The translations under genes were made by a program, and so were the position numbers. Shown piece after piece: positions 10,914 to 21,812 of a stretch of DNA of 64,000 nt. The stretch lies in contig OZ242296.1 in assembly GCA_965207735.1 (NCBI GenBank), positions 32,001 through 96,000 of the forward strand, written 5' to 3'. Numbering within the stretch: position 1 is the stretch's first letter; each line of letters opens with the position of its first letter. The notes under the pieces were generated by a model. The model did no database searches, was not told where the DNA came from, and saw only the letters and a program-made list of their open reading frames with translations. This stretch comes from Candidatus Versatilivorator sp. Lineage in GTDB: Bacteria > Acidobacteriota > Terriglobia > Versatilivoradales > Versatilivoraceae.

Positions 10914-12206
10914 TCAGACCTTGTCCGGGACGACGAAGGGCGGACGATAGCGGCGCTTGAGATATTGGTCGGCTTCCCTGTCGTCGGCAAATCGCTCCTG
11001 TTGCGGATCGAAATTCAAGGTGCGGCCGGTGCGGTAGGCGATGTTGGCCAGGTGCGCCGTTGAAGACGAGATGTGCCCCTCCTCGATCTCCGAGTTCAGG
11101 TGTTGAGGCTTGCGAGATCTTACCGCTTCAATGAAATTCACATAGTGGTTGCCGCTCTCCTCACGAGCCGGACCGGGCTCGCGCTTTCTTCCCAGGAAGG
11201 TCTTGTAGGCAAAATATTTGGAAATCTCGACGTACCCCTCGGAGCCGTAGATAAAGGCGCCGATCTGGCTGTCGCCTTCCGAGTTGGTGATCCAGTGTCG
11301 GACTTCGAACGTCAACAGCTTCTTCTGGTCGGGATATTCGAAGCTGGCCACCTGGACGTTGGGAGTCTCCTGGTCGTCGTCAAAGAGAAAGTGGCCTCCC
11401 ATGCACTGCACCTTCCGCGGGAGCCCCACGCCCAGACCCCAGCGGGCCAGGTCCAGTTGGTGGGGACCCTGGTTTCCTATATCTCCGTTGCCGTATTCCC
11501 ACTGCCAATGCCATTCGTAGTGGAAGCGGTTTTGCGTGAAGGGACGATTTGAGGCAGGCCCGATCCATAAATCGTAATGGACCCCCGGCGGAACGGGCTC
11601 CACTTTGGCTCTCCCGATGCTCTTCCGCCACTTGTAGCAGAGCCCTCGGGCCATGTAGACCTCCCCGATCAAGCCCTGGCGGATCTTCTCCATGGCCTCC
11701 TGAAGCGCTGGGCTGCTGCGGTTCTGAAAGCCGACCTGAACGATACGGCCGTACTTGCGGGCCGCCTCAACCATCTTTCGTCCCTCCCAAATGCCGTGAG
11801 AACTGGGCTTTTCCACATAGACATCCTTGCCGGCCTGACAGGCCCAGATGGTATTCAGGGCGTGCCAGTGGTTGGGAGTCGCAAATGAAACAACGTCGAT
11901 CTCTTTTTCTTCCAGGAGTCGACGCACGTCCACGAAGGATTGAGGTTTCTTGCCGGTCAGCTTCTCCGTTTCGGCCACTCGCTGGTTCAGGATGTTTTCG
12001 TCCACGTCACACAGGGCCGCCACCTCCAGGTTGTGGTGCCTGAGTTGGGCAAAATCCCGAATGTGCCCGGCCCCGCGGCCGCGCAAGCCCACCACCGCCA
12101 CCCGAATTCGGCTGTTGGCTCCTGGGGGGGCGGAAGCCCGGGCCAGGCTGGAACCGGCCGCTGCCAGCGACGTCACAAGAAAGTAGCGCCGATTGATTGC
12201 TTTCAT
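10914..12206 (-). CDS. Tat-exported Gfo/Idh/MocA oxidoreductase
   Basis: NRRYFL Tat motif; ATPNHWH and GKDVYVEKP. Confidence 0.9.
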   Translation of the reverse strand: MKAINRRYFLVTSLAAAGSSLARASAPPGANSRIRVAVVGLRGRGAGHIRDFAQLRHHNLEVAALCDVDENILNQRVAETEKLTGKKPQSFVDVRRLLEEKEIDVVSFATPNHWHALNTIWACQAGKDVYVEKPSSHGIWEGRKMVEAARKYGRIVQVGFQNRSSPALQEAMEKIRQGLIGEVYMARGLCYKWRKSIGRAKVEPVPPGVHYDLWIGPASNRPFTQNRFHYEWHWQWEYGNGDIGNQGPHQLDLARWGLGVGLPRKVQCMGGHFLFDDDQETPNVQVASFEYPDQKKLLTFEVRHWITNSEGDSQIGAFIYGSEGYVEISKYFAYKTFLGRKREPGPAREESGNHYVNFIEAVRSRKPQHLNSEIEEGHISSSTAHLANIAYRTGRTLNFDPQQERFADDREADQYLKRRYRPPFVVPDKV

Positions 12207-12279
12207 GGGGGCTCTCTCCAAAGATGATCGTGCAGACGTTGGCGGCATTGTAACAATTTTGCCTGAAACAACGCAGGGT

Positions 12280-12505
12280 TATCCGCGAGGGACAAAAAGG
12301 ACAAAAAGAGTGATCCGTGAAGGGCCACGAAAGACTCTGAGTCTTCCCACAAACGCACACTCGATCATTGAGCCAGTCAGCTTCCTGAGCAGCAGCCTCT
12401 CTTCCTGTTTGTCCTGTCTTTCCTGCGCATCCATGCTCGACTTCATGCAGAAAACCAGATGAACGGGACAGGGTCCTTGTTCCTGACAGGACACGAAGGT
12501 TCGTC
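12280..12505 (-). mobile_element. Relic of a repeat-flanked GxxExxY-like element
   Basis: CATGGATG/ACAGGA repeats; LLLRKLTGSMIECAF peptide; shares GGGACAGGGTCCTTGTTCCTGA with about 36815. Confidence 0.55.
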
Positions 12506-12615
12506 AGGCGGGGAGCGTTTCCCGGGGCCGAAATATCCCGGGCCAACCCAACCGCATCGCCGAGGTTTGGCGTATAATGGCGGCGAGACCGTCCGTATCC
12601 TGTCGGAGAGTTGCA

Positions 12616-15336
12616 ATGGCTATCACATCGGCTACCTTCGAGGAGCAGTACCTCTCCATTCTCGAGCGAGCCTCCAAGCCGGGCCGTTATATCGGCGGGG
12701 AGCCCAACATGGTCCGCAAGGACCCGGGCGCCGTCCAGATCCGTTTCGCCCTTGCCTTTCCGGACGTGTACGAAATCGGGATGTCTCACAACGGCTTGAG
12801 GATGCTGTACCACCTGCTGAACGGCATCGAGGATGTCTACGCCGAGCGCGTGTTTGCGCCCTGGGTCGACATGGCCGACCTGATGCAAGCCGAGGGTTTG
12901 CCCCTGTTGAGCCTCGAAACCAAGACCCCGATCGACCGGTTCGACCTGGTGGGTTTTTCTCTCCAGTCCGAGTTGACCTATATCAACGTTCCCTACATGC
13001 TGGATCTGGCCGGCGTGCCCCTGCGTTCGGAAGAGAGAGGCGACCGGGACCCGCTGATCTGCGCCGGCGGACCTTGTACGGCCAATCCGGAACCCCTGGC
13101 GGACCTGGTGGACTTCTTCGTTATCGGGGACGGGGAAGAGGTTGTCCTCGAGTTGGTGAATCTCTGCCGGGAGGCCAAGCACAACGGGCTCCGGCGCTGG
13201 CAGGTCCTGGAGCAACTGGCGACCCTGCGAGGCGTCTATGTGCCCCAGGTGCACCAACCCGAATCCCCCTGGACGGTGGAGCCGAACCCGGCCAAACCCC
13301 GCACGCTGGTGAAGAGACGCTGGGTGGAGGCATTGTCCCCCGACTTCTACCCGACCAGGCCGGTGGTGCCGGTGATCGATGCCATTCAGGATCGTGTGAG
13401 CGTCGAGGTCATGCGGGGCTGCACCCAGGGGTGCCGCTTTTGCCAGGCGGGCTACTGGTACCGCCCCACTCGGGAACTGGAAGTCAACGACGTCATGCGG
13501 CTGACCTCGGAGATGCTGAAAAACACCGGGAACCGCGAGGTTGGCCTGCTCTCGCTTTCAACGGCCGACTATAGCCAGGTGGAGTGCCTGACTCGGGAAA
13601 TGTCCCGTTCCTTCTCCCGGGACAAGGTTTCCATCTCGCTGCCCTCCCTCAGAGCCGACGCCTTCTCCGTCTCGCTGGCCGAAAACGTCGGAGAGGTCAG
13701 AAAGAACGGGTTCACCTTTGCCCCCGAAGCCGGAAGCGTTCGCTTGAGACAGTTTGTGAACAAGAACATCAGTAACGAAGAGCTGTTCCAGGCCATCGAG
13801 ACGGCCTACCGGCAAGGCTGGAACCTGATCAAACTCTATTTCATGATCGGTTTGCCCAGCGAGACCGATGCCGATATCCGGGAGACGGTGGATCTGATTC
13901 GTCAGATCGGCGGGATCGGTAAACGGTTCAAGGGGCCGCGCAAGGTGAATGCCAGCATCGGGACCTTCGTTCCCAAGGCGTTCACGCCCTTTCAATGGGA
14001 TCGCTTCGAGGACCTGAAGGTGACCACCCAGCGTCTGGACTACTTGAAAGGGGCCGTGAGGTTTCCTTTCGCCCGACTCAAGTGGCACGACCCGGCCGAG
14101 TGTTTCATCGAAGGCGTGCTCTCCCGGGGAGACCGAAGGGTGGGAAAAGCACTGCTGCAGGCCTACCGGCTGGGATGCCGTTTCGACGGCTGGGACGAAA
14201 CCTTCAACTTCCAGCTCTGGATGAAGGCTTTCGAGGAAAGCGGCGTCGATCCCCACTTCTACAACCGTGATATCGCCTTGAACGAAGTCTTGCCCTGGGA
14301 TTTCATCGATATCGGAGTTTCCAAGCGGTTCCTGCTGACGGAGCGGGAGCGGTCCTATCGCAAGATTCAGACCTATGATTGCAAGTGGGGAGATTGCCGG
14401 GGATGCGGCATCCCGGGAAACTATGAGGATATCAAGCTGGCGGGTATTCCCGTGGAAGAGGAGAAGCCGGTGGACGTGCACTGGCCCCAGGCGGATGGGC
14501 CGAACCGGTCTGGCGGAAACCCGGCAACCCCGGATCCGGTCTCCGATCGGGATGTCCCGGCGCAGAATCCGCTGGTCCAGATAAGCCTTCCGCCGCCGGT
14601 CGAGGCCGCGGACTCCGGAGGGGAAGACAAACCCTCAGGAGTGCCGGGGCCGGCTCCTTCCGATGAAAGTCTGCCTGCCCGGTCCTACCTGGTTCACTAC
14701 CGGAAGGAAGGTCCGGCAAGGCTGCTGTCGCATCTCAACGTTATGAAGCTGCTGGAACGGGCCTTGATTCGATGCGGCCTGCGCTTGAAGTTTACCGAAG
14801 GGTTCAATCCTCGTCCGAAATTCAAGGCCTCGCCCGCCATTCCTCTCGGGATGTCCAGCCGGTCGGAGTATCTCCAGTTTGAAGCCTTTGGCCGGTTGTC
14901 CGAATCCCTTGCGGATCAACTCAATGACTGCCTGATAGAAGGTCTCCAGGTCTATACGGTCGAGGCGGTGGAGGCGGGCAAAAAGGTAGGGATGACTCGA
15001 CCTCTGCAGGCCGGCTACCGGGCTTGGCTGCCCGATCGGGCAGCCAAGCCGGCTTCAGCCGAGGTCGCCGAACTTACCGGCCGCGTCTACGACCTGATCA
15101 GCCACCTGGCCGATCATGATCGCGGAAACGCCTTCTACTGCAATTCGCCGGAGCACGAGAGAATTGCGGACTTGAGGGTGATTCGCGAAGAGCCGCTTGC
15201 CTTGAGCTTCACACTCTCCCTCAATCCCGATACGGGCTCCATGATGAGAGTCAAGGATTTTCTGGCAGAGGTGCTGGGCTGCCCGGAAGCTCTTGTCAGA
15301 CAGTTCAGGATCTCAAAGGAGTCCCTCTCCTTCTGA
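12616..15336 (+). CDS. TIGR03960-type radical SAM protein fused to a DUF2344-type domain
   Basis: RGCTQGCRFC CxxxCxxC motif; KPGRYIGGE and FPDVYEIGMS; C-terminal SHL...EGFNPRP. Confidence 0.88.
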   Translation: MAITSATFEEQYLSILERASKPGRYIGGEPNMVRKDPGAVQIRFALAFPDVYEIGMSHNGLRMLYHLLNGIEDVYAERVFAPWVDMADLMQAEGLPLLSLETKTPIDRFDLVGFSLQSELTYINVPYMLDLAGVPLRSEERGDRDPLICAGGPCTANPEPLADLVDFFVIGDGEEVVLELVNLCREAKHNGLRRWQVLEQLATLRGVYVPQVHQPESPWTVEPNPAKPRTLVKRRWVEALSPDFYPTRPVVPVIDAIQDRVSVEVMRGCTQGCRFCQAGYWYRPTRELEVNDVMRLTSEMLKNTGNREVGLLSLSTADYSQVECLTREMSRSFSRDKVSISLPSLRADAFSVSLAENVGEVRKNGFTFAPEAGSVRLRQFVNKNISNEELFQAIETAYRQGWNLIKLYFMIGLPSETDADIRETVDLIRQIGGIGKRFKGPRKVNASIGTFVPKAFTPFQWDRFEDLKVTTQRLDYLKGAVRFPFARLKWHDPAECFIEGVLSRGDRRVGKALLQAYRLGCRFDGWDETFNFQLWMKAFEESGVDPHFYNRDIALNEVLPWDFIDIGVSKRFLLTERERSYRKIQTYDCKWGDCRGCGIPGNYEDIKLAGIPVEEEKPVDVHWPQADGPNRSGGNPATPDPVSDRDVPAQNPLVQISLPPPVEAADSGGEDKPSGVPGPAPSDESLPARSYLVHYRKEGPARLLSHLNVMKLLERALIRCGLRLKFTEGFNPRPKFKASPAIPLGMSSRSEYLQFEAFGRLSESLADQLNDCLIEGLQVYTVEAVEAGKKVGMTRPLQAGYRAWLPDRAAKPASAEVAELTGRVYDLISHLADHDRGNAFYCNSPEHERIADLRVIREEPLALSFTLSLNPDTGSMMRVKDFLAEVLGCPEALVRQFRISKESLSF

Positions 15337-15342
15337 CTCTTT

Positions 15343-15549
15343 TTAGTCTTTCAGGGCCGACTCGGCCTCCTCATTGCGGTTGCGGTAACTGGTGCAACCC
15401 GCGCAGGTTGCCTCGCGCCAGTTGACTTTCATTTCCGGATGGTCACACTCCAGTCTGCGGTTGTACTGGGTCCGGGTGCCGAAGAATTCCTTGGGAGATC
15501 TCTCCCTGGAAAAAACGCAACTGCGCAGTTTCTTGAGGCTGGCTTTCAT
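15343..15549 (-). CDS. Small Cys-rich hypothetical protein
   Basis: 68 aa; start overlaps the accA stop (ATGA); C...CxH...CxxC. Confidence 0.55.
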   Translation of the reverse strand: MKASLKKLRSCVFSRERSPKEFFGTRTQYNRRLECDHPEMKVNWREATCAGCTSYRNRNEEAESALKD

Positions 15550-16532
15550 GGACGGTTTTCGGAATCCGGCACCGGGCCGGAGGAGTTGGCAGCATCTCCC
15601 AGGACACGGAAGCGGCGGCTTCGCTCCAGCACCAGTTGCTCGCCTGAGAGCGGCTTCAACGCCTCCAGGCCCTCCTTCAACTGTCGATCCACCGCAGTGG
15701 CCGTTCCCTTGGGGTCGTTGTGGGCGCCCCCCTCGGGCTCGGGGATCACCGCGTCCACGATGCCCAGGCGCTCCAGATGGCTCGAGGTGATTTGCAGCGC
15801 GTTGGCAGCCTCTTCAACCCGCGACTGGTCCTTCCAGAGAATGGCGGCGCAGCCTTCGGGAGAGATCACCGAGTAATAGGCATGCTCCAGCATGTAGACG
15901 CGGTTTCCGATCCCGATCCCCAGGGCTCCTCCGCTGCCTCCCTCACCGGTGATGGTGACCAGAACCGGTACGGTTAAACAGGCCATTTCCCGCAGATTCT
16001 GAGCTATGGCTTCGGCCTGTCCCCGCTCTTCGGCTCCAATGCCAGGGTAAGCTCCCGCCGTGTCGATGAAGATGAATATGGGGCGGTCGAACTTGTGCGC
16101 CAGGTGCATCAGGCGCAACGCCTTGCGGTAACCCTCCGGCTTGGGCATTCCGAAGTTGCGGAACAGCTTCTGCTCGGTGTCCCGCCCCTTCTGCGTCCCC
16201 AGGACCATGCAGGGTTCTCCGTGGAAGCGCGCCATGCCGCCGATCATGGCGGGATCGTCGGCAAAGCGGCGATCCCCGTGCAGTGGGGAAAAATCGGTGA
16301 AGATGAATTCGATGAAGTCCTGGACGTGGGGCCGTCGGGGGTGGCGGGAGAGTTGGACCCGGTGCCAGGAGGTCAGCTCTGTCGAGGACTGGCGGCGCAA
16401 GTGATCCAGGCGCCGACGTAGCGTTTCCAGGTGTTTGGCGCTGTCGTCGGATGGAGTTTGGCGAGAGAGTTCTTGGATCTGCCGTTCGAGGTGCTCGACC
16501 TCATGGCGCTGATTTGCGGTGTCATTGGCCAT
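15546..16532 (-). CDS. accA: Acetyl-CoA carboxylase carboxyltransferase alpha
   Basis: RHPRRP, GMPKPEGYRKALR and GEGGSGGALG. Confidence 0.97.
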   Translation of the reverse strand: MANDTANQRHEVEHLERQIQELSRQTPSDDSAKHLETLRRRLDHLRRQSSTELTSWHRVQLSRHPRRPHVQDFIEFIFTDFSPLHGDRRFADDPAMIGGMARFHGEPCMVLGTQKGRDTEQKLFRNFGMPKPEGYRKALRLMHLAHKFDRPIFIFIDTAGAYPGIGAEERGQAEAIAQNLREMACLTVPVLVTITGEGGSGGALGIGIGNRVYMLEHAYYSVISPEGCAAILWKDQSRVEEAANALQITSSHLERLGIVDAVIPEPEGGAHNDPKGTATAVDRQLKEGLEALKPLSGEQLVLERSRRFRVLGDAANSSGPVPDSENRP

Positions 16533-16556
16533 GGTGGACTCCGGTTCCGCTGAAAA

Positions 16557-19500
16557 CTACCGCCGAACCGAACCCGTCCCGCAAAGAGTTTCTACCTGCT
16601 GGACGAACCGCCCGTCGGCCTTCACCCGACCCAAGTGCCTTGGCTGCAAGGTTATCAGATAGGATTGAGGATGTTCAAGTTGAAAGGTGACCCGACTGTC
16701 GCCCGGATTCTCTTCCATGATTGAGCGTAACTTGAACGGCAGGTCATGGGCCATGTCCTCCAAATTGACGTAAATGGTCACCGGCGGGGTCGCCTGCGGT
16801 CCATCGATTGGCTGGATCTCTCGGACGATGATCTTGCGATTTCCCGAGTCCTCCAACTCAAGGACGCCCCGGACCAGAACCGCGGCCTCGGATTCCAGCA
16901 GCGACTCGCAACGCTTGAAAACGTCCGGAAATACCACGGCGTCAACCGAGCCGCTGAGATCCTCAAGAGCCAGGGTAGCCATTCGATCGCCCTTCCGGGT
17001 TCTCAACGGTCGCAGGGAGCTGATCATGGCCCCGACCTGGACTTCCTGGCCGGTCTCCAGCTCGTTGACGTCCTCGACTTTGGTGGACGTGATCCGCTCG
17101 ATCCGTTCCGCGAACTTTTCCAGCGGGTGTCCCGTAATGTAGAACCCCAGGGTTTCCTTTTCGCTGGAAAGGATCCGTGACTCCGGCCACTCCGGGGTGT
17201 CGGGCAGTTCCTGGTAAGGTTGGAGCGCCGGGTCGCCGCTCGAGGGATCGCCGTTGAATGAGGCAAAGAGTCCCCGCTGGCCCGATTCCCGGTCCCGCTG
17301 GATACGCTGGGCCGAGTCGATGGCCCGATCGAGCGAGGCCAACAGCTGGGAGCGGTGTCCTCCCAGGGAATCCAGGGCGCCGGCCTTGATGAGGCTCTCC
17401 ATGACCCGCTTGTTCACCAGCCGCAAGTCGATCTCCTCGCAGAATTCGAAGAGGGATCCGAACCGGGAGACCCGCTTTCTGGCCTCCAGGATGGAGGCGA
17501 TGGCATTGGTCCCCACGTTCTTGATGGCCGCCAGGCCAAACCGGATCTCCGGTCCGGATGGAGTGAAGTGCAGGTCGCTCACGTTGACGTCGGGGGGTAG
17601 GATCTTGATGCCCAGGTCCCGGCACTCGTTGATGTACTTTACGATCTTGTCGCTGTTGTTGATTTCGCTGGTCAGCAGCGCCGACATGAAGCAGACGGGA
17701 TAGTTGGCCTTCAGATATCCGGTCTGGTAGGCCAGGATCGCGTAGGCGGCGGAGTGGGCCTTGTTGAACCCGTAGCCGGCAAACTTCACCATCAGGTCGA
17801 AAATGCGCGCGGTCTTGCGCGCATCGAAGCTCCGGGCTCGGGAGCCGGCAATGAATTTTTCACGCTGGGCTTCCATCTCTTTGGGCTTTTTCTTTCCCAT
17901 GGCGCGCCGCAGGAGATCTCCTTCAGCCAGCGAATAGCCCGCCAGCTTGTTGGCGATCTGCTGCACCTGCTCCTGGTAGAGGATGACCCCCAGCGTTTCT
18001 TCGAGGATCCCTTTCAATTCGGGCAGGTCGTAGGTCACGTTGGTCCGGCCGTGTTTTCTCTTGATGAAGTCGTCGATCATTCCGCCTCCGAGGGGTCCGG
18101 GGCGGTAGAGGGCGTTGAGAGCAGTGAGGTCTTCCAGCTTTTCCGGCTTGAAGCGCCGCAGGATGTCCTTCATGCCGCTGCTTTCAAACTGAAAAATGCC
18201 ATTGGACAACCCCTGGGAGAAAATCTCGTAGGTCTTGGGGTCGTTCATCGGCAGAGTCGCCAGGTTGACTTCTTCTCCGGTGGTCTGAAGGATGAGCTTG
18301 ACGGCATGGTCGAGGACGGTCAGGGTGGTCAAGGCCAGAAAATCCATCTTGAGCAACCCGATCTCCTCCAGATGGTCCATGGCGTACTGAGTGGTGATTT
18401 CGTCCTTGTTGCTCTTGTAGAGGGGCACGATGTCAGTCAGGGGTACGGGAGAGATCACCACCCCGGCGGCATGCGTGGAAGCGTGCCGCGCCATTCCCTC
18501 CAGCCGCCTGGCAATGCCGAAGAGGTCGCGCACCCGCTCGTCCTTGGCGATCATGGAGCGCAAGGCCGGTGTCTCGTCCAGGGCCTTGGTCAGCTTCACG
18601 CCGATCTCCGCTGGAATCAGCTTGGCGATGCGGTCCACCTCCGCGTAAGGCATGTCCAGGCCTCGGCCCACATCCTTGACCGCGGCCTTGGCCGCCATGG
18701 TCCCGAAGGTGATGATCTGACAGACGTTGTCGCGGCCGTATTTTTGGGTCACATAGTTGATGACTTCCTGACGCCGGTGGGTGCAGAAATCGATGTCGAT
18801 GTCCGGCATGGAGATCCGTTCCGGGTTGAGGAATCGCTCGAACAGCAAGCCGTACTGCAGGGGATCGATATCGGTGATCTTCAGACAGTAGGAGACCAGG
18901 CTTCCCGCCGCCGATCCCCTGCCGGGCCCGACCGGGATCTGCTGCTGCCGGGCGTAGCGCATGAAATCCCAGACAATCAGGAAGTAGCCCGGGTAGCGCA
19001 TCTGCTTGATGATTCCGATTTCATGTTTGAGCTGCTCCTCGTAAGACTCCAGCGGGAGCTTAAGCTCTCCGCGAGCCTGCAGAGATTTCCAATAGGGGGT
19101 CCGGGTCTCAAAACCCTCCCAGCAAGCCTGCTCGAAAAACTCCTCCAGACTTTTCTCTCCAGGCACCTCGAAGTGGGGAAAGGTCTGGCTGGCCTTTTCG
19201 AACTGGAATTGACAGCGTTCCGCGATGTCCAGAGTTTGCCGGATAGCCTCGGGGTGGTCACGGAAGAGGTCCGCCATCTCCCGGGCGCTCTTCACGTAGA
19301 ACTGGTCGGTGGCAAAACGCATGCGGTTGCGGTCGCCCATGGTTTTGCCGGTCTGGATGCAGAGCAGCACCTCGTGAGCCAGGGAGTCCTGTTGGGTAAC
19401 GTAGTGGCAGTCGTTGGTGGCGACGATGGGAATGTCCAGGGACTTGGCCAGCCGAACCAGCTCGGGTTTGATGCGCTGTTCGTCCTCCAGGCCCTGATCC

Positions 19501-20030
19501 TGAAGTTCGATGAAATAGCGGTCTTTTCCAAAAATGTCCTGGAATTCGCCGGCGACTTGACGGGCCTGGTCGTAATTTCCCTGGACAAGGTTTGAGCAGA
19601 CCTCTCCGCTGAGGCAGGCGGAAAGGCAGATCAGCCCCTCATGGTGCCGGGACAAGAGTTCCTTGTCGATGCGCGGTTTGTAGTAGAAACCCTGCAGGAA
19701 GCCGTGGGAAACCAGCTTGACCAGGTTATGGTATCCGGTGGAGTTTTCGCAGAGCAGGACCAGGTGGTGGTTGGACTTGTCACCGCCCGCGCGTTCACTG
19801 GCCGCTCCTCTGGCCACGTAGACCTCGCAGCCGATGATGGGCTTGATCCCGTGTTTGCGAGCCGCCTTGTGGAAGCTCATGGCGCCGAACAGGTTGCCGT
19901 GATCGGTGATGGCCGCCGCCGGCATGTCGAGCTCCGACAGCCGCTGCATCAGGGTCTCGACCGAGCAGGCGCCGTCCAGCAGGCTGTAGTCGGTGTGGAG
20001 GTGCAGGTGAACGAAGTTTTCCGGGTTCAT
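16557..20030 (-). CDS. dnaE: DNA polymerase III alpha subunit
   Basis: HLHLHTDYSLLDG PHP domain; GRGSAAGS, PDIDIDF and YGFNKAHS. Confidence 0.98.
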   Translation of the reverse strand: MNPENFVHLHLHTDYSLLDGACSVETLMQRLSELDMPAAAITDHGNLFGAMSFHKAARKHGIKPIIGCEVYVARGAASERAGGDKSNHHLVLLCENSTGYHNLVKLVSHGFLQGFYYKPRIDKELLSRHHEGLICLSACLSGEVCSNLVQGNYDQARQVAGEFQDIFGKDRYFIELQDQGLEDEQRIKPELVRLAKSLDIPIVATNDCHYVTQQDSLAHEVLLCIQTGKTMGDRNRMRFATDQFYVKSAREMADLFRDHPEAIRQTLDIAERCQFQFEKASQTFPHFEVPGEKSLEEFFEQACWEGFETRTPYWKSLQARGELKLPLESYEEQLKHEIGIIKQMRYPGYFLIVWDFMRYARQQQIPVGPGRGSAAGSLVSYCLKITDIDPLQYGLLFERFLNPERISMPDIDIDFCTHRRQEVINYVTQKYGRDNVCQIITFGTMAAKAAVKDVGRGLDMPYAEVDRIAKLIPAEIGVKLTKALDETPALRSMIAKDERVRDLFGIARRLEGMARHASTHAAGVVISPVPLTDIVPLYKSNKDEITTQYAMDHLEEIGLLKMDFLALTTLTVLDHAVKLILQTTGEEVNLATLPMNDPKTYEIFSQGLSNGIFQFESSGMKDILRRFKPEKLEDLTALNALYRPGPLGGGMIDDFIKRKHGRTNVTYDLPELKGILEETLGVILYQEQVQQIANKLAGYSLAEGDLLRRAMGKKKPKEMEAQREKFIAGSRARSFDARKTARIFDLMVKFAGYGFNKAHSAAYAILAYQTGYLKANYPVCFMSALLTSEINNSDKIVKYINECRDLGIKILPPDVNVSDLHFTPSGPEIRFGLAAIKNVGTNAIASILEARKRVSRFGSLFEFCEEIDLRLVNKRVMESLIKAGALDSLGGHRSQLLASLDRAIDSAQRIQRDRESGQRGLFASFNGDPSSGDPALQPYQELPDTPEWPESRILSSEKETLGFYITGHPLEKFAERIERITSTKVEDVNELETGQEVQVGAMISSLRPLRTRKGDRMATLALEDLSGSVDAVVFPDVFKRCESLLESEAAVLVRGVLELEDSGNRKIIVREIQPIDGPQATPPVTIYVNLEDMAHDLPFKLRSIMEENPGDSRVTFQLEHPQSYLITLQPRHLGRVKADGRFVQQVETLCGTGSVRR

Positions 20031-20040
20031 CGGGATCTAG

Positions 20041-20154
20041 CTCGCATTTCTCATCAGGGGACGGCCAGCATGGCGTGCAACCGCAGGGCATCGGCATCGG
20101 ACCTACAAGTTTCAGAAAATAAATGGCGTTTCATTATGAATCCAGCGACCTGGT
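20041..20154. mobile_element. Degenerate IS1380-TIR MITE
   Basis: CTAG then CTCGCATTTCTCATCAGGGG left end; internal CCAGCGACCTGG matches the other MITEs; outer right TIR missing. Confidence 0.75.
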
Positions 20155-20216
20155 TGGAAGCTCATCAGGTGACCACAGCAGAAACGATGCGACGCGTTGG
20201 ACCCATGGAGTGGGGT

Positions 20217-21758
20217 TCACTCCCACTCTATGGTGGCAGGCGGTTTGGAACTGATGTCGTAGACGACCCGGTTGATTCCTTGAACTTCGTTGACGATACG
20301 GGTCGAGATTCTCTCCAGGACGGAATAGGGCAGCTTGACCCAATCGGCAGTCATCCCGTCCCTGGAGTGTACGGCCCTCACTGCACAGGTGTACTCGTAG
20401 GAGCGTTCATCTCCCATGACTCCCACGCTCTTGACGGGCAACAGCACGGCGAAGGCCTGCCAGATGTCCCGGTAGAGCCCAGCCCTCCTGACCTCGCTGA
20501 CGACGATCTCGTCGGCCTCCTGCAGCAGGTTGACCCTGGATGGGGTCACCTCGCCCAGGATGCGGACAGCCAGTCCCGGCCCCGGGAAGGGTTGTCGCCC
20601 GACTACCTCCTCGGTCAGGCCCAACTGCCTGCCGACATTGCGGACTTCGTCCTTGAACAGATCGCGCAGGGGTTCCACCAGCTTCAACTTCATGGTCCGG
20701 GGCAGCCCTCCAACATTGTGGTGGGACTTGATGGTCGCCGAGGGGCCCTTGACCGACACCGATTCGATGACATCGGGGTAGAGCGTTCCTTGAACCAGGA
20801 AGTCGACCCGGCCCAGCCGTCGGGCTTCCTGCTCAAAGACGGCGATGAATTCCTGTCCGATGATCTTGCGTTTTCGCTCGGGGTCGGTCACTCCGGATAA
20901 CCGCTGCAGGAATCGGTCGCCGGCGTTGACTCCCCGGACCTGGAGCTTGAGCTGGTCTTGCATCCGGGAAAGCACCCGGGCGTATTCATTCCTCCGCAGC
21001 ACGCCGTTGTTGACGAAGATGCAGGTCAGATTCTCGCCGATGGCCCGATCCACCAGAACGGCGGCCACGGTGGAGTCGACACCGCCGCTGAGGCCGCAAA
21101 TCGCTTTTCCCCGGCCTACCTGCCTTCGAATGCGATCGACGGACTCCTCGATGAATTGGGAGGGTGTCCAATCCCCCCGGCACCCGCAGATCCGGAAGAG
21201 AAAGTTCTCCAGTATCCTTTTGCCCTCCTGGGTATGGGCCACTTCAGGATGGAACTGGAGACCGAATATGGAGCGATCCGGACTCTCGGCCGCGGCCAGG
21301 GCATTGGCGGAAAGGCCGGTCGGACGAAATCCCGGAGGGAGCCGGACGATGTGATCGCCATGACTCATCCAGACGTTGGATCGGGTCTTGACTCCCTGGA
21401 ACAACGGGCTCTCGGACTCCAGGTTCAACTCGGCCAGACCATATTCCCGCCTGCCTGCCGCTTCGACCTTGCCCCCCAGCTCCACCGCCAGGAGCTGGAA
21501 TCCGTAGCAGATCCCCAGGATGGGAGTAGCCAGCTTCCAAAGTTCGGCGCCGGTGCGGGGAGCCTGTTCTCCATAGACGGAATCGGGTCCCCCGGACAGG
21601 ATAATGCCCCTGGGCCGGCGCTGCCGGATCCGCTCCAGCGGCGCATTGAAGGGAACGATTTCGCAGAAAACGTTGGCTTCCCGAACCCGGCGGGCGATGA
21701 GTTGAGTGTATTGCGAGCCGAAGTCCAGAATGAGAACGCAATCGTGGGAAGGGGGCAT
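20217..21758 (-). CDS. guaA: GMP synthase (glutamine-hydrolysing)
   Basis: [29 protein letters not shown] and KPPATIEWE. Confidence 0.98.
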   Translation of the reverse strand: MPPSHDCVLILDFGSQYTQLIARRVREANVFCEIVPFNAPLERIRQRRPRGIILSGGPDSVYGEQAPRTGAELWKLATPILGICYGFQLLAVELGGKVEAAGRREYGLAELNLESESPLFQGVKTRSNVWMSHGDHIVRLPPGFRPTGLSANALAAAESPDRSIFGLQFHPEVAHTQEGKRILENFLFRICGCRGDWTPSQFIEESVDRIRRQVGRGKAICGLSGGVDSTVAAVLVDRAIGENLTCIFVNNGVLRRNEYARVLSRMQDQLKLQVRGVNAGDRFLQRLSGVTDPERKRKIIGQEFIAVFEQEARRLGRVDFLVQGTLYPDVIESVSVKGPSATIKSHHNVGGLPRTMKLKLVEPLRDLFKDEVRNVGRQLGLTEEVVGRQPFPGPGLAVRILGEVTPSRVNLLQEADEIVVSEVRRAGLYRDIWQAFAVLLPVKSVGVMGDERSYEYTCAVRAVHSRDGMTADWVKLPYSVLERISTRIVNEVQGINRVVYDISSKPPATIEWE

Positions 21759-21812
21759 TACGGAAGTTCCCGGGGGAGACGGTCGGATTATATGCGAGCC
21801 GGATGGCCGGCT

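Noticed and set aside
14450-14680. Pro-rich stretch in the radical SAM fusion as an inserted element
   Set aside because: Looks like an ordinary low-complexity interdomain linker; no repeats or element ends
17754-19595. Long antisense ORFs (also 31277-32866, 34045-35691, 38625-40202, 53537-55579)
   Set aside because: Shadow frames opposite clear genes, expected at high GC
16557-20030. Intein in DnaE
   Set aside because: 1157 aa is a normal length and no intein motifs are visible
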